NCBI GenBank assembly: GCA_021845865.1
Contig: JAJZVC010000009.1
Span: forward strand, 8,218 to 72,217
Direction of reading: 5' to 3'
DNA: 64,000 nucleotides
From: Pseudomonadota bacterium
GTDB taxonomy: Bacteria > Pseudomonadota > Gammaproteobacteria > Burkholderiales > UBA9220
Position numbers and translations under genes: made by a program. Shown piece by piece: positions 8,841 through 17,882 of this stretch. Position 1 is the stretch's first letter, and every line of letters starts with the position of its first letter. Below the pieces are notes generated by a model. The model had not been told where the DNA came from. It did not search any database and was given only the letters and a program-made list of their open reading frames with translations.

Positions 8841-9832
8841 TCCGCAGTGACGGGTTCGCCCTGGTGATACCAGAAGGGGCGGGTTCCAGGCAATTTTTCC
8901 TCATCGTAGCTGGCTCCGGCAGTTTGCCAGTCCCGGCATCCCTGACAGATGGACGGCAAGGCATTCCAGCGGTGTTCCCGGTGGGGAGTGCGGACAGCCG
9001 CCCCTAGGCGTTGCCAGGCTTCCTTGACGGAGAGCGTGTCACCGATGGCGCCGACGCTGAAGAGTCCTTCGTAATCCACGGCGCAGGTCACGACCTTGCC
9101 ATCCTGGTGGATGGCCATGGTGTTGTTGCCCCAGGGACAGGCGATGCGGAAATCGGAATCGTGGTCAATGTTGGGCGCATGCACCACGCCGCCCCATTCC
9201 AGTTGCGGGCGTACCTTGACCTCGGCACCACGCTCCTGCCAGTGGCGGCGATATTCCTCCACCTCGTGGCCGTTGATGTCCTGAAGCACGGAGAACTGGC
9301 AGATGATGGCGGGGTAGGCCTGTCCCCTCTGGGCTTTCCGGTTCAGCAGATTTTCGACCTGGGCGTAAATCTTTTCCCTCTTTCCCCCTACCCGGACTTT
9401 CTCGTAGGTTTCGGTGCTGAAGCCGTCAATGGAAAGAATGAAGCGCTTGAGTGGGGACTCCAGTACCCGCTCGATGTTGTCCCAGCGATCGAGCAGCATG
9501 GCGTTGGAGTTGAGCACCAGGTTGTTGCAGCCCACCTTGGCGGCGTAGTCGAGCCGGTTCCACAGTTCGTTGTCCTTGGCGAGAATCAGCGCTTCGCCGT
9601 AGAACGTCGGCCAGAGCTCGGTGCCGGGCGACTCGCGCCCCACTTCCTCGACGATCCGGTTCCACAGCTGCCGTTCCATGTGCTTTTTGGGGCGCACCAG
9701 GTTGCGGTGGTTGCAGTGGATGCACTTCTGGTTGCAATAGCTGGTGTTTTCCACCACTAGCTGAGGCGGAAAGGGGTGTTCCACGAGTTGGGACTCAATG
9801 GCAAGAAGTTTGTCTTGATGGGCTCTATCCAT
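8831..9832 (-). CDS. Radical SAM enzyme with C-terminal SPASM/twitch-like Cys cluster (paralog B)
   Basis: 333-aa ORF with SYCNQKCIHCNH and C-terminal IACPW...GKVVTCAVD...ICQGCRDW. It overlaps the downstream paralog by 10 nt. Confidence 0.85.
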   Translation of the reverse strand: MDRAHQDKLLAIESQLVEHPFPPQLVVENTSYCNQKCIHCNHRNLVRPKKHMERQLWNRIVEEVGRESPGTELWPTFYGEALILAKDNELWNRLDYAAKVGCNNLVLNSNAMLLDRWDNIERVLESPLKRFILSIDGFSTETYEKVRVGGKREKIYAQVENLLNRKAQRGQAYPAIICQFSVLQDINGHEVEEYRRHWQERGAEVKVRPQLEWGGVVHAPNIDHDSDFRIACPWGNNTMAIHQDGKVVTCAVDYEGLFSVGAIGDTLSVKEAWQRLGAAVRTPHREHRWNALPSICQGCRDWQTAGASYDEEKLPGTRPFWYHQGEPVTAECP

Positions 9833-11816
9833 GGGGTAGCGCGCTCATTTTGCTAGTGGTGATTTCCTCGATATGGACTAGTAAGGTACGTGCCATTTCT
9901 GCGATGTCCATAACGAATGCCTCAACAAACTCCTGTCCTGCATGGCCTACGGCATCCCTGAAAGGTTTATCGTCAATGAGGCGTAACGCCATCTTCGTGT
10001 ATTCCTGATTATTAGTGGCGCAAAGGAAAAGCGTTTCCCCATTTTCGGCGGTGTATATGTGTTGGGCGCGCTCTCGTTTGTCAGGGGTGCCTACCTGCCC
10101 ATTTAGCAAGGGTAAGATCACCATGGGAACACCGCTTTCCATCGCCTCGGGACTCAGGTGGAATACTGTCGGCTTGCCTGCGGCCATGCACTCGAATACC
10201 GTGATCCCGCCGCCGAAGGGGAAAGTGTCGAGGCAAACATCCAGTACCTGGGCGTAAAGCCGAGTGTCGATCCAGCCCACGAAAAAGCATCGATCCGCTA
10301 CGCCGGCCCTTTCAAAACATTCCTGGATTCGCGGCAAACGGGATTGGCCGCTCCACAGAAAACCTGTATCGGGACGTGCCTGTAGAATATCGGCTACGGC
10401 GTCGAGATATTGAGGGTTGTCCAGTTTTTCCACGCGGCCCATGCAGCCCAGCAGGGTTTTCACTGGAAACTGCTGTCGAATTTTTCTTGCTTGATTGTTC
10501 AGGTCGGCGTCATAAAGATCGCCTACTGCACCATGAACGCACCGCCAGTTGCGGCTGCCGATACGTTTGAATTTTTCCAGGGTGCCGAGGGCGAAATAGC
10601 CGTCGATGTCCTCGAGTTCGACACTGTGGTATTTCATGGACCACCAGATTTGCGCCGGGGCCAAGCGAAGACCGAAGGCAAAGGACATATGTGCGATGTT
10701 GGTTGCCCACAGGATGGCGGCTGTGCCGTCGTTTGCCAAACGTCGCCGCAGTTCCAGCAACAACTGGTAGGCCATGCCGCGCAGGTGGGGACACTCGTCG
10801 CTCAGGGCGACGATGCGGACACCTGTGTCGAGGAAGGAGGAAAGGGCGCGTTGGTCCACATCGCTCAATACATATACCGATACGGCGCGGCTGGTTTGGT
10901 CCATGCTGCGCAGAGCGTCCAAAAGCACCCGGTTTGGCCCGAGGGAATCAAGATGATGGACGACAAAAGCCACGCTGGCGGTATTGGGATTGGCCGGTGA
11001 AGGTGTTGGAGGAAGCCGGTTACGCAGTTGGCGTCCTGCCCCGTTCATGAGGGGGGCGACAGTCCGGTAATGGCGGGCGTAGTGTTCCTCGGTTTCGGTC
11101 TGATGGACATAGCGCAGATCAAGCTGTAATTCGAGCCAAAGGGCGAGATCGAACCATTCCCGTTCCAGAGCTTGTTGCAGCCAGGGGAGGACAAGGGTCT
11201 CCACCGTTGTCCGATTGTCCGTTGCCGGGGTATTGAGGGACAGGCCCACCAAGTCCATGAGGTAGCGGATAGCGGCGTGGGCCGTCGCCTCGTTGGAACT
11301 ATTGGTGATCACGTTCCGGCTGTGGAGCTGTTCGAGCAAGCTGGAGCGGAGAAGGGCGGCCTGCGGTCGGGCATGCAGCAGTTTCAAATAGTTCTCGAAA
11401 TAGACGGAGGGTTCCGTCAGGGCTTGAGGGGCGATGGTGGCCACTTGAGCCAAATTCAGCAACATCTCCCCCGTATCAGCCGCATGCCCTCTCTGCTTCA
11501 GGAAAAGTTTGAACCCTAATTCAAAAGCGGAAATTGCCTCGTTGACGTGCCCTAATCCTGTGAGAACTTGGCCGAGATTGCAACAATAGACGGGGTCTTC
11601 CGGGGAAAACGTTACTGCTTGGACGGCATAAGGCAATGCCTGGCTCGCAAAGCCTAGCCGACTAAGTATGACCGCCTTGAGGTTGAGGGCGGGCGGTGCG
11701 TCTGGTGCTATGGCCAGCAGAGGGTCTAATAGCTCATTGGCTTCGCTGAGTCGTTCCTGACGGAAATATCCCAGGGCACGGTTGAACAGGTCGTTGGCTC
11801 GTTCTTGCGGGTGCAT
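9825..11816 (-). CDS. TPR-repeat protein with GT41/OGT-like C-terminal glycosyltransferase region
   Basis: 663-aa ORF with N-terminal TPR-like repeats (ANDLFNRALGYFRQERLSEANELLDPLLAIAPDAPPALNLKAVILSRLG). The C-terminal DVCLDTFPFGGGITVFECMAAGKPTV resembles DLFLDTLPYNAGTTASDALWAGVPVL of 61847-63829. Confidence 0.65.
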   Translation of the reverse strand: MHPQERANDLFNRALGYFRQERLSEANELLDPLLAIAPDAPPALNLKAVILSRLGFASQALPYAVQAVTFSPEDPVYCCNLGQVLTGLGHVNEAISAFELGFKLFLKQRGHAADTGEMLLNLAQVATIAPQALTEPSVYFENYLKLLHARPQAALLRSSLLEQLHSRNVITNSSNEATAHAAIRYLMDLVGLSLNTPATDNRTTVETLVLPWLQQALEREWFDLALWLELQLDLRYVHQTETEEHYARHYRTVAPLMNGAGRQLRNRLPPTPSPANPNTASVAFVVHHLDSLGPNRVLLDALRSMDQTSRAVSVYVLSDVDQRALSSFLDTGVRIVALSDECPHLRGMAYQLLLELRRRLANDGTAAILWATNIAHMSFAFGLRLAPAQIWWSMKYHSVELEDIDGYFALGTLEKFKRIGSRNWRCVHGAVGDLYDADLNNQARKIRQQFPVKTLLGCMGRVEKLDNPQYLDAVADILQARPDTGFLWSGQSRLPRIQECFERAGVADRCFFVGWIDTRLYAQVLDVCLDTFPFGGGITVFECMAAGKPTVFHLSPEAMESGVPMVILPLLNGQVGTPDKRERAQHIYTAENGETLFLCATNNQEYTKMALRLIDDKPFRDAVGHAGQEFVEAFVMDIAEMARTLLVHIEEITTSKMSALPHG

Positions 11817-11822
11817 GCGGGG

Positions 11823-12761
11823 TTACAGGGGTTTGCGCAGAACAGCGGTGAGTATGAAGGTGCGCAAATCCTCTTCTGGCAGGTCACGGAACTCCTCGCG
11901 GACACGCTGCCGGATGTCAGGTGGAGTAGGGAAGTGGGGGGTGCATTGCCAACTCAGGATTTGGTAACCGCTTTTCTCGAACCATGCGCGCCAGTGGGAA
12001 ACCCGCAGGCCGTTGATCCACAAATCGGGGCGAACCGTGCTGGCGGGACCGTATTCCCCGTCCTCCATGAAAGTCCAGGCGGTGAACTGGTCGGGGTTCT
12101 CGTAATGCCGGTGGTCATCCAGGCCGATTCTGTGCTGGACGATGCCTCCCGGTTTGAGCAGTTTATAGTGCCAGGCCAGCGCGTCTTCCGGTTCGTGGAC
12201 ATGCTCCAGGACGGCATTCGAGAACATGAAGTCGATCTGCCCCTCGGGCAAAAGGGTACGAGCCGCATCCAGGCCCGCATAGGCGAAGCGGGCGGCCTGG
12301 GTGGTGAGCAGGGCGTTCCAGTCGCCTTTTTGCAGGGCGTCAAGGGGGAGCGCATAGGCCCGTTGGCGGATGGCTTCAGGGTGGGTGCCCAGCAGGACGT
12401 AGCGCTCCGGAAAGGCGATGACGTGAAGCAGGAGTTCAAAGCAAGCCTGGGCCGCTTGTTCGGTGTTGTGGAGATGTTCGGAAACATCCACGGCCAAGGC
12501 GGTTTCGGCGCCATTGAGGTAGAGAATCAAGCCATGGGCCAGGGGCTGGAAAGAGCCAGCCCCCATTTCCAGCACAGTACGGGGATGCTCATGAAGCATG
12601 GCCGTCCAGGCGGGGGAAATATCCTGAATAATGCGCGAGGCCCGTTGTGGATTGTAGGACCATTGATCCGGCCAGCGGGTCTCCAGAAGACGGCGGGAGT
12701 GCCATGAGAGGTCGTTGAGTTGCACCCAGTTCAGGTCGGCGAGATCGGGCATAAAGGCCAT
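11823..12761 (-). CDS. Class I SAM-dependent methyltransferase
   Basis: 312-aa ORF with motif I VLEMGAGSF and DFMFSNAVLEHVHEPEDALAWHYKLLKPGGIV. It is the first gene of the minus-strand string. Confidence 0.7.
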   Translation of the reverse strand: MAFMPDLADLNWVQLNDLSWHSRRLLETRWPDQWSYNPQRASRIIQDISPAWTAMLHEHPRTVLEMGAGSFQPLAHGLILYLNGAETALAVDVSEHLHNTEQAAQACFELLLHVIAFPERYVLLGTHPEAIRQRAYALPLDALQKGDWNALLTTQAARFAYAGLDAARTLLPEGQIDFMFSNAVLEHVHEPEDALAWHYKLLKPGGIVQHRIGLDDHRHYENPDQFTAWTFMEDGEYGPASTVRPDLWINGLRVSHWRAWFEKSGYQILSWQCTPHFPTPPDIRQRVREEFRDLPEEDLRTFILTAVLRKPL

Positions 12762-12841
12762 GGAATAGTGACTGATGCCCCATTATATCGTTCAGTCCAT
12801 CGCTATGACCACACGGTGGGATGGTGGTTACCGCCCTCTAG

Positions 12842-12853
12842 CGGAAATTTCCG
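12842..12853. promoter_or_regulatory. Perfect 12-bp palindrome CGGAAATTTCCG in the divergent intergenic region (possible operator)
   Basis: Read directly from the sequence. It lies between the divergent starts at 12761 (minus) and 12909 (plus). A second inverted repeat, CCAGGCC-AAAT-GGCCTGG, is at 12869-12886. Confidence 0.2.
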
Positions 12854-12908
12854 AGGAGTTATCATGGACCAGGCCAAATGGCCTGGGTGATAATGGAAAA
12901 AATTCTTA

Positions 12909-14867
12909 ATGGAGAGAATGGTGGAGCTATCGCAGGTACTGGCGGCGGGGGTTGCGGCTTACGGTGCAGGCCAATTGGAGGAGGCTGAAGCGGCCAGCGA
13001 GGAATTGATTCGCTCCTTCCCGAATCGGGCGGAGGGATATGAGTTGAAGGGGGTGCTGCGTTTCAAATTGAAGCAGCATGATGAAGCGTTGCAGTATCTT
13101 CAACGCAGTTTGACCCTTAATCCTGATAATGCTGGTGCCTGGAATAATCTGGGTGTGGTTCTGATGGACCTGGAGAAGTGGGGGGAGGCTGGAAATGCTT
13201 TTCTCAAAACCCTGGAGCGAAGTCCGGACCACCTCAGCGCTGCACGCCATCTTGGAGTTGTCCTGGAAAAGCTGGAGCGGCCAGGGGACGCGGCAACGCA
13301 TTATCTTGCCCTGATGCAGCGTTTCGGTCCCCAGGACGATGTGCTGGAGGACTACATTCGTGTCATGGTGGCGCAGGGGCAAGCGGACGCTATCCAGGAC
13401 AGCTTGCCGGAGGGTTTCATTCCTGCCGTTGTGGCGTTGCTGACGGCGCGTTCGTTTTTGGAGCGCGAGGATTGGGAGTCGGCGGAACGATACAGCTTGG
13501 CATCTCTTGCTCTGGTGGGTGGAAAATGGCCAACCCCGGACGTCCATTTGGAGTATTTCCGGGCTATGTATTACATGCTGATCGACGCTTTGCCGCAGAA
13601 GGGCTACGGCAAAGGGGGGGAGGCATGTTTTCGTGAGTGCTATCTCGACGGTATCCGCGCAGCGTTTCATGCCAGCGGGGCGCAACTTCCCCGACCTGGC
13701 CCTTCGACGGTACGGCGTCTGGCTGTGGTTATTCCGGGCTTTATCAATGAGCACTTCGGCCCCACCGTTCTGGCGATGGGGCTTCTCATCCGTTTCATGG
13801 AAAATCTGGGGTGGGAAGCGGTGCTGATCAATTGCGATTACTCGTTTTATAACCAAGCCCTGGCCGGTATCCATGACATCGTGAAACTTCCGGCGGGGCG
13901 CTCGCATTATATCTTTGCCGGTCGTGAGTTAACGGTGTTTACACCGGCAGCGGCAGCATTCCGCGAGCGTTTCGAGGAGGTCGGGCGCTTCCTCACAGAT
14001 TTTGCGCCATCGGTTATTTTTACCGCGGGCACTGAACTCAATCCCTATTCCGACCTGTTGGCCGCGAGTTGGCCAACCCTGGTGGTGCCCATGAATTGGC
14101 GCCCACCTTTCTGCTATGGCCATCTGTACCATGTTCCCTCCGAGGACCCGACCATCGTGGGTGCCTTCCGCCGGGTCTTGCCGCCGCAGGCGGATTTGCT
14201 GCCCTATGAACGCCTGTTTCCCTTTGTCTTGCCGAACCCCGCTACGCTACGGGAACGGGCCGAGTTCGGCTTGGACGGCGGCGATTTTGTTTACCTGCTC
14301 TCGGGTCTGTTGATGGAGGCGGCATATACCCCCGAATATCAGCTTATCCTGGCGGAAATACTCGAACAGGTCGAGCGCGCGCGCTTTCTGATTATCGGCT
14401 CGACGGAAGACGCGTTTCCCTGGAGCGAGCCGCGGCTTGAACGCTGGCGCGGGTCCCGGCTAGTCTTTTCCGCGTATCAGCCAGATTTGCGTTCGGTGTT
14501 GCGTCTCGGGGATGTCTTTCTTCATCCGCCGGCACCGCGCAACGGCGGCACGGTGCGCCTGTGCCTTGCCGAGGGCCTTCCCGTGGTGGTGGAGAAGCGG
14601 AGCGGTTTGAAACTGGTGGTGCCGGATGAGGACATGCTGGACGGGCTGGAGGCATACCGGGATGCGGCGGTCCGCCTCGCCCGTGACCCTGCCTTCCGTG
14701 ACCGTGCCGCAGCCCGTTCCCGGGAACTCGATGCCCGCTTTGAAGCGGAAGCTGCCGAATACATGCAAACCTTGGAGGAGGCCGCCTTCAGGACGGTGGA
14801 GATATTTCAGCGCATCCGCGGTACCCATTTTTTATATTCGGATAAGGGTGTTTTCAGTGGCGGATAA
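12909..14867 (+). CDS. TPR-repeat protein with GT-B-like C-terminal half
   Basis: 652-aa ORF with TPRs (AEGYELKGVLRFKLKQHDEALQYLQRSLTLNPDNAGAWNNLGVVLMDLEKWGEAGNAF). The C-terminus has RFLIIGSTED and LGDVFLHPPAPRNGGTVRLCLAEGLPVVV. Confidence 0.6.
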   Translation: MERMVELSQVLAAGVAAYGAGQLEEAEAASEELIRSFPNRAEGYELKGVLRFKLKQHDEALQYLQRSLTLNPDNAGAWNNLGVVLMDLEKWGEAGNAFLKTLERSPDHLSAARHLGVVLEKLERPGDAATHYLALMQRFGPQDDVLEDYIRVMVAQGQADAIQDSLPEGFIPAVVALLTARSFLEREDWESAERYSLASLALVGGKWPTPDVHLEYFRAMYYMLIDALPQKGYGKGGEACFRECYLDGIRAAFHASGAQLPRPGPSTVRRLAVVIPGFINEHFGPTVLAMGLLIRFMENLGWEAVLINCDYSFYNQALAGIHDIVKLPAGRSHYIFAGRELTVFTPAAAAFRERFEEVGRFLTDFAPSVIFTAGTELNPYSDLLAASWPTLVVPMNWRPPFCYGHLYHVPSEDPTIVGAFRRVLPPQADLLPYERLFPFVLPNPATLRERAEFGLDGGDFVYLLSGLLMEAAYTPEYQLILAEILEQVERARFLIIGSTEDAFPWSEPRLERWRGSRLVFSAYQPDLRSVLRLGDVFLHPPAPRNGGTVRLCLAEGLPVVVEKRSGLKLVVPDEDMLDGLEAYRDAAVRLARDPAFRDRAAARSRELDARFEAEAAEYMQTLEEAAFRTVEIFQRIRGTHFLYSDKGVFSGG

Positions 14868-15579
14868 AACCGTTGCCATCCTCCAGTCCTGCTACATCCC
14901 GTGGAAGGGGTTTTTCGACATCATCCGGCGGGTGGACGAATTCATCCTCTACGACGAGGTGCAGTTCACCCGCCGCGACTGGCGCAACCGCAACCTGATC
15001 AAGACCGCGGAGGGACTCAAGTGGCTGACCATCCCGGTCATGAACAAGGGGCACTACCACGCGCCTATTCGCGACATGCTGGTCGCCGACCCGGCCTGGG
15101 CCGGCCAGCACTGGCAGTCACTGCTTCATGCCTACCGCAAGGCAGCCTGCTTTGACGAGGTGGCACCCTTCGTCGAGGAACTGTACCGGGGTTGCACGGA
15201 AACCCGGCTGAGCGAGGTAAACCACCGTTTTATCGCGGCCCTGTGCGCATATTTGGAGATCACCACCCCTCTATCCTGGTCCTGGGACTACCCGGTGCAG
15301 AGCGATGACCGTACCCAGCGCTTGGTGGAACTGTGCCGAGCAGCGGGAGCGACCCGCTACCTGTCCGGCCCCTCCGCCAAGGCCTACATGGACTTGGAGC
15401 GTTTCCATCGGGCTGGCATCGAGGTGGAGTACATGGATTATTCGGGCTACCCGGCTTATCGCCAGCTCCATGGCGCGTTCGAGCACGGCGTGTCGGTGCT
15501 CGATCTGCTATTCAACGAAGGAAAGGAGGCGCGGCGCTTCCTCGACCGCTCTCCGCTGGAGGAGAAACGCCATGGCTGA
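14857..15579 (+). CDS. WbqC-like family protein (copy 2)
   Basis: ORF 14626-15579 trimmed to GTG 14857 (VADKTVAILQSCYIPWKGFFD), which overlaps the upstream gene by 11 nt. Contains EVQFTRRDWRNRNLIKT...WLTIPV. Confidence 0.7.
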   Translation: MADKTVAILQSCYIPWKGFFDIIRRVDEFILYDEVQFTRRDWRNRNLIKTAEGLKWLTIPVMNKGHYHAPIRDMLVADPAWAGQHWQSLLHAYRKAACFDEVAPFVEELYRGCTETRLSEVNHRFIAALCAYLEITTPLSWSWDYPVQSDDRTQRLVELCRAAGATRYLSGPSAKAYMDLERFHRAGIEVEYMDYSGYPAYRQLHGAFEHGVSVLDLLFNEGKEARRFLDRSPLEEKRHG

Positions 15580-16207
15580 CCCCTCGCTCTTCGCCCAGGT
15601 GTCCGACTACTACACAGGCAAGCTGCGCGCCCACGGCGAGACGGCCCAGGGAGTGGACTGGAAGGATGAGGTCTCCCAGGCGCTGCGTTTCGAACAACTT
15701 GTCAAACTTCTCCCGCTGGAAGGGGATTATCTTGTCCTGGATTATGGTTGCGGTTACGGGGCGTTGCTGGACTACCTAAGGGATAAAGGTTACGGTTGCC
15801 GCTACCTGGGGCTGGACGTGAGCCCGGAGATGGTGGCGGTCGCGGCGAAGCGCCATGCTGCCGATGCTCGGGCAAAGTTCCGCCAGGGAGTGGGGATTCC
15901 CGCCGGGGTGGATTACATTCTGTGCAGCGGCGTGTTCAACGTTCGCCTGGGGCGGGGGGACGAGGAATGGCAGGCCTACCTCATGGAAACCCTGCGGGCT
16001 TTCGCCGCCGCTGCTCGTCGTGGTTTTGCATTTAACCTTCTCACCACCTATGCCGATAAGGACAAAATGCGCCCCGATCTCCATTACGCCGATCCCTGTC
16101 GCCTGTTCGACTGGGCCAAGCGGGAGGTTTCGCGCCACGTGGCTTTGCTGCACGACTATGATTTATACGAATTCACTCTCATCGTCCGCAAAATTTTAGA
16201 GGGGTAG
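15572..16207 (+). CDS. Class I SAM-dependent methyltransferase
   Basis: ORF 15305-16207 trimmed to ATG 15572 (MADPSLFAQV), an 8-nt overlap with the WbqC stop. Motif I is VLDYGCGYGALLDYL. Confidence 0.8.
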   Translation: MADPSLFAQVSDYYTGKLRAHGETAQGVDWKDEVSQALRFEQLVKLLPLEGDYLVLDYGCGYGALLDYLRDKGYGCRYLGLDVSPEMVAVAAKRHAADARAKFRQGVGIPAGVDYILCSGVFNVRLGRGDEEWQAYLMETLRAFAAAARRGFAFNLLTTYADKDKMRPDLHYADPCRLFDWAKREVSRHVALLHDYDLYEFTLIVRKILEG

Positions 16208-16209
16208 CC

Positions 16210-16872
16210 ATGAAGCCTCTGATTATATTCGGCCTTGGCCAGATTGCCGAGGTGGCCCATTTCTACTTTACGGTCGATGCCCGGCGCAGCGTGGCTGCCT
16301 TCACTGTTGACCAGGACTACCAGACGGAAACGGTGTTTTGCGGCTGTCCGGTAGTGCCTTTCGAAACCGTGGCGGATCGGTACCCTCCGGCGGACTACGA
16401 TTTTTTCGTGGCCACCGGCTACGCCAAGCTCAACCGTCTGCGGGAAGAGAAATGCGCCGCAGCCAGGGCTAAGGGGTATGTCCTGGCTTCCTATATCAGC
16501 TCCAAGGCCACCGCTTGGCCGGGACTGGTGACGGGAGAGAACTGCTTCATCCTGGAGGACAACACCCTCCAGCCTTTTGTCGAGATTGGCGACAACGTGT
16601 TCCTCTGGAGCGGCAACCATGTCGGCCACCATGCGCGGATCGGCGCCAACGCTTTCATTTCCTCCCACGTAGTGGTGTCCGGCGGGGTGACGGTGGGGCG
16701 CAACTGCTTTGTCGGCGTCAACGCTACCCTGCGTGATCACATCCAGGTGGGGGAGGCATGTGTTATCGGCGCGGGGGCCGTGGTGACCCAGGACTTGGCG
16801 GACAAATCGGTGATGGTGGCCCCGGAATCGGTGCTGTCCAAGGTGCCTAGCGACCGGTTGCGGCGGATTTGA
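16210..16872 (+). CDS. NeuD/PglD-type left-handed beta-helix sugar acetyltransferase (copy 2)
   Basis: 220-aa ORF with KPLIIFGLGQIAEVA and hexapeptide repeats IGDNVFLWSGNHVGHHARIGANAFISSHVVVSGGVTVGRNCFVGVNATL. Confidence 0.8.
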   Translation: MKPLIIFGLGQIAEVAHFYFTVDARRSVAAFTVDQDYQTETVFCGCPVVPFETVADRYPPADYDFFVATGYAKLNRLREEKCAAARAKGYVLASYISSKATAWPGLVTGENCFILEDNTLQPFVEIGDNVFLWSGNHVGHHARIGANAFISSHVVVSGGVTVGRNCFVGVNATLRDHIQVGEACVIGAGAVVTQDLADKSVMVAPESVLSKVPSDRLRRI

Positions 16873-16876
16873 GCCC

Positions 16877-17878
16877 ATGGGAAGACTAGCCAAGGACGAT
16901 TTCGACGCCGCCCTGCTGCCGGGTATCCGGGCCGAACTGGCCGAGGCCTATCGCTCCTTCCGCCGTGATGAGGCAGCGGCTATTTCCTCTTGGCTGGGCC
17001 CCGACGGATGTTTCGCTCCGGGGACCTATTTCGAGCGTCCTTGCCCCCTCTGCGGCGGTAGCGCCGCCGACCGCTATCTGTTCGCACGGGGGCTGGATAT
17101 CGTGCGCTGCGACAGCTGCGGCCTGGTTTATTCACGCAACGTGCTGCTGCCGGAGGTGGACCGGCAGCGCTACGAAAACGACCCGGCCGCCGTTGCTCAC
17201 GTGGCTCTGCGCCAAAGCCCCGCTTATCGGCGCCTGGAGGAAGGCAAGCTGCATTACCTGTTCCAGTCCCTGGCGCGGCTGGGTGCTCGGGGCGGCGAGT
17301 TGCTCGACATCGGCGCGGCCGATGGGAGACTGCTTGTCGTGGCCAGGGATTACGGCTGGGCGGGGAGAGGCGTTGAACTCAACCGTGGTTACTGGGACGT
17401 GCACCGGGAGCAGGGGCTGGCGGTATCCTACGGCGCCTTCCCCGAGGATTTTCCCGATGATGGCCGGCGTTTCGCGCTCGTGACCATGCTTGATGTGCTG
17501 GAGCACACCGTCGACCCTGTAGCCTTTTTGAGGCAAGTCGGGGAGCGCTTGACGACGAGGGGGTATCTTGCGGTGCAGGTTCCCAACGTGGACAGCCTGC
17601 TGCTGCGGCTCGAAGGCGCGACCAACAACAACTTTTGTCCCGGACACTGGAATTATTTTTCCGCTGCCAGCCTGCAAAAAGCCGGTGAAGCGGCGGGTCT
17701 GAGGACCCTCCACCAGGAAACCTATATCACTGAGTTGGACCGGATTCTCTCCTATGACAGGGAGAAAATAAGGCAGGCCTTCGGTCGGGAACTCCCGATT
17801 GAATTTGAGTTGACGCCGGAGCTGCTACACCGCCATTTGCAGGGCTATAAACTGTTCACTGTGTTTGCCAAGGAGTGA
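16877..17878 (+). CDS. Class I SAM-dependent methyltransferase with N-terminal 4-Cys ribbon
   Basis: 333-aa ORF with CPLCGG...CDSCGLVY, then LLDIGAADGRLL and VTMLDVLEHTVDP. Confidence 0.8.
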   Translation: MGRLAKDDFDAALLPGIRAELAEAYRSFRRDEAAAISSWLGPDGCFAPGTYFERPCPLCGGSAADRYLFARGLDIVRCDSCGLVYSRNVLLPEVDRQRYENDPAAVAHVALRQSPAYRRLEEGKLHYLFQSLARLGARGGELLDIGAADGRLLVVARDYGWAGRGVELNRGYWDVHREQGLAVSYGAFPEDFPDDGRRFALVTMLDVLEHTVDPVAFLRQVGERLTTRGYLAVQVPNVDSLLLRLEGATNNNFCPGHWNYFSAASLQKAGEAAGLRTLHQETYITELDRILSYDREKIRQAFGRELPIEFELTPELLHRHLQGYKLFTVFAKE

Positions 17879-17882
17879 TGCC

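Noticed and set aside
7785-9832. Radical SAM/SPASM pair as the core of a RiPP (peptide natural product) cluster
   Set aside because: There is no adjacent short precursor-like ORF, peptidase or exporter. The genes are translationally coupled to sugar-pathway genes. Flagellin itself as the protein substrate is kept open in the findings.
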